20,000 nt of DNA. It comes from Pseudovirgaria hyperparasitica. Lineage: Eukaryota. Of the stretch, positions 9,919-20,000 are shown piece by piece (the stretch's first letter is position 1; every line of letters begins with the position of its first letter). Location of the stretch: assembly GCA_010093815.1 (NCBI GenBank), contig ML996591.1; one strand, written 5' to 3'. The notes under the pieces were generated by a model. The model was given only the letters and a program-made list of their open reading frames with translations, was not told where the DNA came from and ran no database searches. Both the position numbers and the translations under genes were made by a program.

Positions 9919-12900
9919 GGGTATAAGATATACTTATTATTATATAGGCGAACGTATAATATAAACGAGAAAACTAAGCGACGCTTCTAGAAGAAATAGG
10001 AGCTATAATAATAGCTATCTAGGAACTATATAAACACTACTAAACTAACAAGCTAATAATATACCTAGGATACTATACTATCTACCCTACGGGCCCGGAT
10101 AGGAGAGTTATATTTTATATATATAAGTTAATCCCGCTCTTAGAATAGTCTTATACCGAACGTAATAACCTCTAGATAACGCTATATCTCTAGATAAGTA
10201 TAGAGCCTATCTATATCTATAATATCTATAATTAATAGTAATCGCTTACGCTAGATAATATACTAGAGAGTACCACGACGCCGGGATAATATATCCTTCT
10301 AGGCGACTTTAATCTCTACCATAGATAGTAGGGAGGCCTAGCTATCGCGAGAGAAGAACTTAGAGTAAGGGAACTATATATATAGTACTATAACTTTCTA
10401 TACCTTCTTATACCTATAGGGTAGATTACCTAGAGGAAATATAAATAGGACGAGGATAGGTCTACGCTCAACCTTACCCTCGCTACCGAGTATATTAGCT
10501 ATAGAGTATAGTACTACCGCCCGAGCCGGATATAGACGGACTCCGACTATAAATATATAGAAACTATAATAGACGTCTCTACTCTTAACGAATAACGTAG
10601 AAAATAGCTATAGAAGAATACTAATTAGAATAAATATCTAGAGGACCTAGAATCGGCGATTCTAGACCCCTCTATAGTCGACGTATCTAACGGTCTAGCT
10701 ATAGATAAGGCCGTGTAAGTCCTCCTTTAAGTATACTAAGCTATAAGAGATAAACACGTGCTATACTAAATATATAGACCCCTAGAAGCGAGGGGTATAC
10801 CTTAAATACGAGAGTATAGAAGAGACGCCTATAGACTATATATACGTATATACTATATCCGGACGACCGAGGCGTAGGAAGAGTAGAAGAAAGTAGTATA
10901 ATATCGTAATAGGGCCCTCTATAATAAATAACGAAAGTAATAGTATATAATTACTAATAAATATATACGGTAAGCCGTAGGGCTATAGCGTATAGTAAAG
11001 TAGGCTAAGGGTATAGACGCGCTGATACCGCCGCTACTAATGCCTCCCCTAATATACTAAGAGAGAATATACTCTATAAGTCTAGAGAAGATGGAGATCT
11101 TACGTAAAGTTATATTCCCCCTCCCGGAGCTAGTAGACCTATTAGATATTAATAATACTAAATATCTAGATATAATTAATATCCCCTAAGAGGTTACCGA
11201 GGAGAATATACTCGATACTATTAAAGTACTCCCGAATAATAAGGCATCCGGACTAGATAGAATACTAAATAGATACCTTAAATATACTATACTAGCTACC
11301 CTACCGCTTATTAGTTATATATTTTAAGTATATATTAAGAATAGATACTACCCCTAAAGCTTCCGGGCTATCTATACTATTATACTCCCGAAACTAGAGA
11401 AGAACTCTAACTCCCCAAAAGGATAGAGACTAATTACCCTCCTCTTCTATCTTAGAAAGATACTAGAGACCACGATCGCGAAGAAGATAAGCGCCGTAGT
11501 ATAGAAATATAACCTCCTTCTAGTAAACTAGAAGGCGAAGGCTAGAAGCTCTCTAATTACCGCTATCTAATATATTCTTAAAGTTATCTAGACCGTATAG
11601 AAGTAGGGACGTATAGTAACGCTACTCTCCCTTAATATAGCCGGCGTATTCGATAAAGTAAACTACACGAGACTTATCTATAACTTATGGAAGAGGCGTA
11701 TACCCGCGTAGATTACGCGGTTTATATAGTCCTTCCTCGCCAAAAGAGTTATCTAGATATATATCTCTAGATATTAAAGTAAGTACGAGAAGACGGCTTA
11801 CGGTATTCTATAAGGAAGTACTATCTCCCTAATCCTATTTCTCTTCTTTACTATAGACCTTCTCTAGAGAATATAATATATAGAGGTAGTAGAGTACGTA
11901 GACGATATATACCTTCTAGCTATTAATAATAATACTAGCTAAATATATAGACGACTTAAATAAGACCACGGGAGATGCGTCTAATAGATAAAGCGCTATA
12001 GAGTAAAGTTCACCCCCGAAAAGTACTAACTCATATACTTTATTAACTACTATAGGAAATAGACTACTAGGGAAGGCGAGTAATACTCTAGAATAGACGC
12101 CTTCGACGAACCGCCGATATAAAGTATATATATACTCGGCGTTATAATCGATAATAAGCTTAAATAGGGACCATAGGTAGTATATACCGTTTCTAGGGCC
12201 CTCTAGATAGAAGCCGCTATATAATAGATTATAGCCTCTACGTAGGGAACCGCCCGGGATAAGGTACGCTAGCTATATATATCTATAGTACGACCCGCCT
12301 TTACGTACGGACACGAGTACTAGTATATAGCCCTTATATAGACTAGGCGAATAAAGCTTAAATCTATATAGAACCGTATACTCCGTCTTATATTAGATAT
12401 ATATAAAGCTACTAATACGGTACTACTACGACGCGAGATAGATATTATAAGTATATATAACTTCTACTAGATATAGAGGGTGGTATACTTTACTAAATAA
12501 TAAGTATAGGAACGTATAGAAAATATAGAATATACCTTCGCCGCGCTACGCGCGTAAGTTAGTATATACTACTAAGTACTCTTATATATAGGCTAGACTT
12601 AACTACGGTATAAGTACCCGATAGAAATAGACTTAAACTAAGTAATATAAGAGATTAAGGATAACCTAGATACCCTTCTAGACTAATAGAGTCTTTAAAA
12701 GCTTAAATAAAGTATATAGTTATAGATCTAAGATAAGTAGAAAGAGATACTCCGGGCCTAGTAGGCCTCCTAGTAGAATAGATATCTAGAGTAGATCCGA
12801 GAACCATAGAAGGAGCCGAGTAAATAGATATATAAAGGGCTTATAAAGGCCTAGATATCTATACTCCTCTAAGCCCGAACGGACGCTATAGAACTTCTAT

Positions 12901-13217
12901 ACTACCTCTATAAGAGAGGCGTCTCTAATATATCTCTATAGTATAAGGTGTGCGGCCGGAGAGGTATAATACGTTACTATCTTATAATATACCCTAATCT
13001 TTACACGTAAAGGTAGAAGCTTATCTATATAATAAGAACCTCTAATATCGTATAATAGCTTAATAAGTACCCTAAGAACGTCGCCCGGTAGATAATTATA
13101 CACCTACTACTTCTCTAATTCTAGTAGACCTAGAAATATATATTAGAAGAGACCCGGTATACGCCGGTAGTAACCTAATATATACTAGAAGAACCCCGGG
13201 AGAACCCCGATTATTAG
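9915..13217 (+). pseudogene. LINE copy 2 ORF2 (APE, RT, CCHC)
   Basis: Colinear with 3253-6555. GDFNL is intact at about 10302-10316 and the catalytic YVDD is intact at 11895-11906. Confidence 0.9.
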
Positions 13218-13461
13218 TTAAGGGCAGCCCTTAACTAATAACCTCCGTATCTATACGTACTACCTAAGGGTAAAATAATAGTAATATAGGCTATAGGCTA
13301 ATAGGTATACTCTATAGCTATATACTTAAGACGAAATAGAGGTTTAACAAGATATAGTTATAGATATAAGGAAGTTTTTCCCTATAGGGTTTCTTCTTAT
13401 ATAATAGCTTAGACTAGAGGAGGCATAGGCCTATAGAGTACTACTCTACCTAGTTATATAA

Positions 13462-13492
<31 letters not shown>

Positions 13493-14682
13493 CTAGATTA
13501 TATAATAATATTAAGGACGAAATCTCTAGAGAGAGAGAGACCGTTCTACCAACCTCTAGAAGTATATTAAGCTTATAGTCTAGATTAATAACTAACTATA
13601 TAAGAGACGCTATAAGAAAAGAGGGAAGAAGGTCTTTTAACCCGTACTTAAATAAGATATAAGGAAGGGCTATATTAATAAAGCCCTAAACTACTTATAT
13701 AAGGGATTCTATAATAGACCTATACCTATAGAACTTAGCACCTTATAGATAAAACATCTATCTAATAAAGAAAAGGAGTAACTAAAGAAGGAAGGTAAGT
13801 ATCTCTACTATAAGGAAAAGGGACACTATATACGTGAATACCTAAAAAATAAGAATAAGAAAAATTAGATTAAAGACCCGGTACTAAGATAAGGGAACTT
13901 CGCCGTAGAAAAGGAAGAAGTACCTTATATAGCTATGTTATAGACTAGTTATACTAATAATCTCTATTTTATATATAAGTTAGAGAAAGATAGTATAGAT
14001 TAGTATCTAAAGAAAAGAAACGTCTTAATAGCTAGTAAATAACCCCTATCGCTTTATAAAAAAGTAGAACTATAGAAACACTTAGAAGTAATAAGAAGAC
14101 CTAAACTAACTAAAGAAATAGTACCTAAAGAAGTAATAATTAAAGAAAGTACTATAGAAGAGGATAGTAAGAAAGAAACCCTTACTATAGAGGAACTATA
14201 TAATAAGTTAATAATAATATAAGACCCTATTACTTACTATATTATCTATTACTATAGAAAGTATATAGATAAGAATAATAGAGACCCACCTAGAAGAGGC
14301 GTAGAAATCTAATTAGAAGATAACTAACTTATTTCACTCTATTACGAGGAACACGGTAAGACTTTCTAGGTTACTTATATCTATAATAACTATCTTCGCC
14401 ACCTCTATAAGAAGTAAACCTAGAAATAGTTTCTATAACGGTATTAAAACCAAGTAATCCTAAAAGCCTTTAGAGACAAAGATATATAATAAAAACGAAA
14501 TTTGCCCGGAGAACCAATACACCCAATGCCCGGACGTTACGTACCAAACTTATTTAATATCCAAGGCTATTATATGGTATAACCTTCGAGTAGACTTAGA
14601 TAAAATTAAGAAATAAGTTTAATCTATAATCTAACTTATATAAGAAATAGAATAAGAACTTAGTAAGCTACGAAAAAACTAG

Positions 14683-17600
14683 GAAGGCCGGATATACTAA
14701 GAGAAATAGCTAAGCTAAAAAAAAAATCTCTCGTATCTATTAGTAGCTTAGATAATAAAACACGAATATCTCTTAAAATTTAGCTCTATTAAAAATACTC
14801 TATTAAGGTACTAATTAATAGCGGAGTATAGTCTAATTTTATCTCTCTAACTATAGTAGATAAACTAAAAATACCCTATAATAGTAAAGAAGAACTATAT
14901 AAACTATCCACGTTCAAAGGACTCAATATAGAATATACTAATAGAATAGTATACTTAGAAATAGAACCTCTGGATTTAGTCTTAATAGTAGGACACTAAT
15001 AATTACGACTAGATATAGCGGAACTAGAATAATATAACTTAATCCTAGAAATACTATAGCTCGAAGAAGTTAACCCTACAATTAACTAGAAAACTAAGAA
15101 AATTATACCCTAGAGAACATTAAGACCCTTAGAAACTATTAAAGAAGAAGTAGAGATTAATAAACCTATAAAGGCGCTAATAACTAGAAAGTCTATCTAC
15201 TATATTCGGAAGCTTAACGATAAGTAAGGTAATATAAAGAGTAGACCCTTATATAAGAAATACGTAGTATAATAAGGCACGCCTATAGATAAATAGATTT
15301 AAAAAATAAATAACGTACTTATACTAAAGGAATACTACTAATACTATATTATCTTTAAAGAAGAACTTAAGACGGGATTACTAAAGTATAGCCTATATAA
15401 TTATATAATAATACTCTAACTAGAAATAGCACCTATATTTAAAAGTATATACTAACTTACCGAAAAATAACTAGAGATAATATAATAATATATTAAGAAA
15501 ATAGAAGTAAAGGGATATATCCGACCCTCTAAATTACCTATAGAATATCTAATACTCTTTATACTAAAAAAAAGATAGGAGCGAACGACCCTATATAGAC
15601 TATTAATACTTAAATAATATTACTATTAAAAATAGATACCCTTTACCCTAAATTAATAAATTATAGAACTAACTCGTAGAAGCTTAGTACTTTACTATAA
15701 TAGACTTATAAGGAGCCTATAACCTTATATATATAGTAGAAGGAGATAAATAGAAAATAGCTTTTTAGACTTAATACGGCTACTATAAATATCTAGTAAT
15801 ACTATTTAGGCTAACTAATATACTAGCTATATTCTAAGTACTAATTAATAATATACTAAGAGAATATCTCGACTACTTTATAATAGTCTACCTAGACGAT
15901 ATATTAATTTATTTAAGAAACCTATTAGAGTATAGAGAATACGTATATAAGGTACTTTAGAAATTACGGATAGTAAATCTACTAGTAGAGTTAAAGAAGA
16001 GTATCTTCTATATATAGAAAGTTATATTTTTAGAATTTAAGATTATATCTAGAGAAATATAAATAGACCTAAAGAAAATTAAGACTATTAAAAACTAGAA
16101 GTAACCTAAGATAGTTAAGGAAATCTAAGGATTTACCGGATTCACGAACTTTTATAGAAAATTTATATATAACTATTCTATAAAAACGGCTCTACTATAT
16201 AAGCTTATAAAGAAAAATATAATATTTAAATAAGGACTAAAGTAAGAATAAGTATTTTAATAGTTAAAAGAGTCTATTATAACTAAACCCGTATTAAAGA
16301 TATACTAAATAGAAAAACCCTATAAAGTTAAGATAGATATATTAGAATTTACTATTAGAGGGTAGTTAACCTAGATAGATAAATAAGGGAAAAGATACTC
16401 TATAGTATTTTACTCCCGAAAATTCCGAGGGTTAGAAATAAACTAGCTAATCTATAAAAAAGAACTCTATACTATTATTAAATACCTTAAGAAATAGAGA
16501 AGCTACCTCTATAGATTAGACTATATAGTAAAGATATATACTAACTATAAAAACCTAACTACCTTTATTACTACGAAAGAACTCTAAAAGAAATAAATTA
16601 GTTAGTATAAGCTTCTTACGGAATTTAATATCTAAATTATATACTATAAAGGATCCGAAAACGGAAGAGCTAACGCCCTTAGCTAATAAGCGGAATATAA
16701 GTAAAAAGAACCTACTATAGAATAGACTATATTAGAGGTTACTAAAGATAGAAACCTTAGACTAACGCGATATATTATTGTTAGGCACGTGCCTACCAGT
16801 TAATTATACATGTGTATAGTAGTTGTATATAAGTAGTGTACTCCACCCTTAAAGTAGTAGCTTCAAGATTCGGTCCTTTTGGTATAGTTGGTTGGTACGT
16901 GGAGCCCGCCTCCTTACAATTATAGTAATATAGAAAGAATTTATATTTAAGGACCCGGAGGGAAGGAGTATAATCCTAAGAGACGAGGCCTACTATTTTA
17001 TTAAAGAATTCTATAAAGATCTAATACACGGATATTAAGGAGAAATAAAAACTTATAAAAGATTTAAGAGATACTATATAACTTATAAGGAAAGATAAGT
17101 TATTAAGGAAGTTATATAAGACTATATTCTATATAGTAAAAGCCGATCTAATAGATATAAACTATATAGAGAATTCTAACTAATTCCTCTACTATTACGT
17201 ACTTAGAAAATAATCTCTATAGACTTTATAATAGATCTACTACTCTTAAGGAAACTAGTTTCGCGAGTATAGTATAATACTATACTAGTAGTAGTTAATA
17301 AGCTTACGAAGTACGCCTACTTTATACCCTATTAAAAAGATATAGATATAGAAGAAATAGTATATATATTTCTATAAGTAGTTATAGCGAACTATAGTTT
17401 ATCTAATAGTATTATATCTAATAGAGATAAGCTCTTTATATTAAACTTTTAGAAAAGTCTAGTATAATAGCTTAGAATAAACTACCGACTATTAATAGTC
17501 TATTACCTATAGATAGATAGATAAATAGAGATTCTAAATAGAATACTAGAATAATACCTTCGATACTATATTAACGAATAATAAGATAATTAGATAGAAC

Positions 17601-18290
17601 TACTACTATTAGCTTAATTCGCCTATAATAGCGCGATAACCTTAACGACTAAAACCTTACCGTTCTATATAAACTATGGATTTAACCCTATAGCTAGCTA
17701 TAATTATAGACTAGAATAGTCTATACCGAAAGTAAAGATTAAGGTAGAATAGCTATATAAGCTATACTCGGAGCTATAGACCGAACTTTCTTTTATAAAT
17801 AAAAGAATAGTAAAATATATAAATTAAAAGAGAATAAAGAGACCATCCCTAAAGGGGGGAGACCTAGTATTCCTTATATAGAAAAATATTAAGATATAAT
17901 AACTAAATAGTAAATTAGACTTTAAAAAGATTAGACCTTTCTAAATAAAACGAAAATTTTTAGAAGTTAATTATAAACTATCTTTATCTTAGAATATAAG
18001 AATATACCTAGTATTTTATATCTTACTACTAGAACTAGTACTATGTAATATAAAAATTAAAACTAATATTAAAGCTATAGATAAAGAATTTAAAGTCGAA
18101 AGAATTCTAGAATCTAGAATTAGTAATAAAATACTAGAATACCTAATTAAATAGAAGGGCTACGGACACGAATTAAATATTTAGAAACCTAGGGAATATT
18201 TAACGAACTACTAGTAACTATTATAGAAGTTCTATTAAATAAATCTAGATTCACCTAGTCCTCTATACTAAGCTAAGAATTATTAAAACC
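14683..18290 (+). pseudogene. Gypsy pol: protease, RT, RNase H, integrase, chromodomain; ends approximate
   Basis: De-RIPed LIDSGAQSNFIS (14811); KGYIRPSKSP, KNRYPLP and intact YLDD at 15889-15900; TDAS..AIGG, KELYAI, TDHKNL and ENGRADALS; H....HGH.G, ISMDF, SDRDKLF, HPQTDGQTE, GPF and HPVFH.SLLEP; chromodomain F.VERIL...EYLIKWKGYGHE.NTWEP at about 18086-18235. Confidence 0.92.
16779..16918. mobile_element. 140-bp solo LTR (or LTR-like mini-element) inserted between RNase H and integrase
   Basis: TGT...ACA termini (tgttagg / ccttaca), 5-bp duplication attat at 16774-16778 and 16919-16923, many CpA/TpG retained; removal restores the pol frame. Confidence 0.85.
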
Positions 18291-18831
18291 TAAGGGAGAA
18301 TTCGGAACCTCCTTAACGGTAACTCTCTATTATTATTTAAGTTACTTCTCCTTCTTCTTAAGATCTATTACTAATAGATTCTAATAAAGTATATTATTTT
18401 AACGACGCTCTAATAGCTTCTACTATTTCTCTAGACACTCTAGACGCGTAAAGGCGGTCTAAGCGTCCTACTAAGCTTTTCGCTAAGTAGCGGCCGTATA
18501 TTCTTTCTCTAACTTAAGACAAGCCTTTTTAGAACGAACCTTCTTATCTAGAAATATTACTTACTAGCTCTAATAAGAGAAAAGGGAACTTATAAGATAA
18601 TTTACTTAAAGTCTTAATTCTATACTTACTCGCCGAGCGACTCTAATAAATATACTCTAAGTACTTATCGGACTTCACGAATACCACCCTATAAGTTAAA
18701 CTATATTTCTTATAGAACGAGTAAGGGAAAGGCATTTTATTACCTTTATAATTAATTAAAATAGATAAAGTAACTCTCTATTTCGCCGGATTAGATTTAG
18801 AAGGCTTAACTAATTTTATAACTCTAGATAT
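18189..18831 (-). pseudogene. Antisense accessory gene of the chromovirus: Zn2Cys6-like cysteine cluster plus coiled coil, one putative intron (18548-18593)
   Basis: Six TAY codons (RIPed TGY) spaced X2-X6-X9-X2-X9 at 18723-18622, preceded by MPFP; ATAAGT (RIPed GTRAGT)...TAG intron; exon 2 reads as an E/K/R/Q/A/L-rich helix. The start and stop are inferred. Confidence 0.65.
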
Positions 18832-18928
18832 AACGGAAGAAAAGAAAGAAGGGCTCCTTACCGAAGAAAATTAGGATAAACCCTCCGCTTATAAGTAACT
18901 ATAGAAGTACTTTAGGACGAAGTACCTT

Positions 18929-18936
18929 AGAAGGGG
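18929..18936 (+). other. Polypurine tract
   Basis: agaagggg 5 nt upstream of the 3' LTR start. Confidence 0.65.
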
Positions 18937-18941
18937 CATTA

Positions 18942-19294
18942 TATAATAAATTACTAGCTAGAGCCATAGAAGAATATATAGACTCCGGTATAAGTAGCGT
19001 AAGAGGTAGTATAGTAGGTAGAAGAGGTGCCTATAATATAATAGGTAGCCTTAGGTAGTAATCTAAGGCTAAGATAGACACCTATAGGAAGAACTAATCA
19101 TAGATACTTAGAATAGGTATTCTAAGTAACCTATATAGTAATTAGGAATAGAATATCGGTATTCTAAGTAACATACTAAATACTTAGAATAAGTATTCTA
19201 ATTAGAGAACCTTAGTAGAACTATATAGACTCTTTAGACCCGACCTCTAGAGATAGTTCTATAGTAATTAATTTAAACTTATACTAATATAATT
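18942..19294 (+). repeat. 3' LTR, left part (interrupted by LINE copy 3)
   Basis: Matches 7003-7355 with transition-type differences; homology breaks exactly at the LINE 5' terminus gaactt. Confidence 0.9.
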
Positions 19295-20000
19295 GAACTT
19301 CTTATACATCTCTAAGAGGCTAACTTGGTCTATTCGGGGTAATATAGCGAGATACACACCTTAATCGATAGAGTACACCGAGTATACTAACTACTACTAT
19401 ATATACGTATATATAGCGTCGAAACCAAGACGTTATCGCCGTATAAAGATATATATATACCCTCTTAAAATTCTCACGGAGATAGAGGTACGGACTATAC
19501 TACTAGAACACCGACACGCCGACCCCCTTTTATTAGTTAAGGGTAGCCCTTAACTAATAAATATAGCGGCCTTAGGCACCGATATACCCCGGTATATACC
19601 GGATATACCCCTACTAGTACGATAGAAAAGGCTATATAGTAATATTACTAAGGGTAGCTATATACCTATCTAAAACGTAGAACATATCTAAAGACGCACG
19701 CCGCTATAGATAGACGGAATAAAGGGGACCCTAAGAGGGGAAACCCTCCTAGATTATATTAACTACTAGGTAGTATATATAGAGAAGGAAGCCGGAGAGG
19801 GCTAGAAGACCCTTCTATATATATTCTAGAACCTTATCTAGAATCTAAAGAGAATTATAGAGGAGGAGAAGAAGATATAACTAGGAGGACTAGAGGGTAG
19901 GCTTAACTAAATAGAGGCTAGCCTACGTAGAATCTAGGAGGAACTTACTTAAGGTAAGCGCCCTAGTATATAGATATAAATAGTAGTAATACTAGAAGCT
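19295..20000 (+). mobile_element. 5' portion of a diverged Tad-like LINE (copy 3, different subfamily); runs off the right edge
   Basis: Starts gaacttctt like the other copies and aligns with about 1506-2200, but with many transversions. Retains the 31-bp palindrome and the start of ORF1. Confidence 0.88.

Larger units (their letters stand above)
8168..13488 (+). mobile_element. Full-length Tad-clade LINE, copy 2 (RIP-inactivated), inserted in Gypsy gag
   Basis: Target duplication tatactagattatata at 8152-8167 and 13489-13504; longer (ATT)n tail than copy 1; the gag frame is restored on excision. Confidence 0.95.
7560..14682 (+). pseudogene. Gypsy gag, split by LINE copy 2 (pieces about 7560-8167 and 13505-14682); ends approximate
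   Basis: De-RIPed F.GKRSKLQGFL.Q, LL.GDALAWFEPYLRDF, QFYTGL|.DD.KDEISR across the LINE junction, GP.PMEL, and the CCHC knuckle KEGKCLYCKEKGH..RECP at about 13790-13845. Confidence 0.85.
7003..19294 (+). mobile_element. Ty3/Gypsy chromovirus LTR retrotransposon (RIP-inactivated); 3' LTR interrupted by a LINE and not completed within the window
   Basis: Direct repeats 7003-7355 and 18942-19294 (353 bp, no net indel); gag-PR-RT-RH-IN-chromodomain order; purine tract before the 3' LTR. Confidence 0.93.
1250..20000. other. RIP-mutated AT-rich repeat block
   Basis: Strong TpA excess and near absence of CpA/TpG. Differences between repeat copies that I inspected are almost all C/T or G/A. Conserved Trp/Gln codons appear as TAG/TAA and Cys/His codons as TAY. 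Confidence 0.95.

Noticed and set aside
1506..13488. The two LINE copies as giant LTRs or a segmental duplication
   Set aside because: Each copy has its own distinct target duplication and tail length, so they are independent insertions.
1739..19560. 31-bp palindromes as a CRISPR array or bacterial terminator
   Set aside because: The context is eukaryotic, the copies are kilobases apart at fixed positions within LINE copies, and there are no spacers or cas genes.
1250..20000. Alternative genetic code, organellar or AT-rich viral origin for the stop-rich frames
   Set aside because: Stops fall at conserved Trp/Gln/Arg positions and differ between copies by transitions, which RIP fully explains.

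Overview
Filamentous-ascomycete genomic DNA. Bases 1-867 (minus strand) hold the intron-containing 5' part of a secreted dipeptidyl-peptidase V gene, with a TATA box at 965-970. From about 1.25 kb to the end, the window is an AT-rich nest of retroelements mutated by repeat-induced point mutation (RIP). An old Tad-like LINE 5' end (1481-1503 + 6826-7002) is split by a full-length Tad-like LINE (1504-6810) and then interrupted by a Ty3/Gypsy chromovirus (5' LTR 7003-7531; 3' LTR from 18942). The chromovirus carries a second full-length LINE in gag (8168-13488), a 140-bp largely un-RIPed solo LTR in pol (16779-16918) and a third, diverged LINE in its 3' LTR (19295 to past 20000). Four observations stand out: (i) a RIP-decayed, probably spliced antisense gene in the chromovirus whose six Tyr codons de-RIP to a Zn2Cys6-type cysteine pattern followed by a coiled coil, alongside dyad repeats in the LTR; (ii) a 31-bp palindrome bracketing the LINE coding region at both ends, with its central spacer flipped in the diverged copy; (iii) a shared TATACT motif at the three younger LINE target sites; (iv) a likely self-priming PBS. 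All element protein motifs were read manually with C>T/G>A reversal, and no database searches were run.
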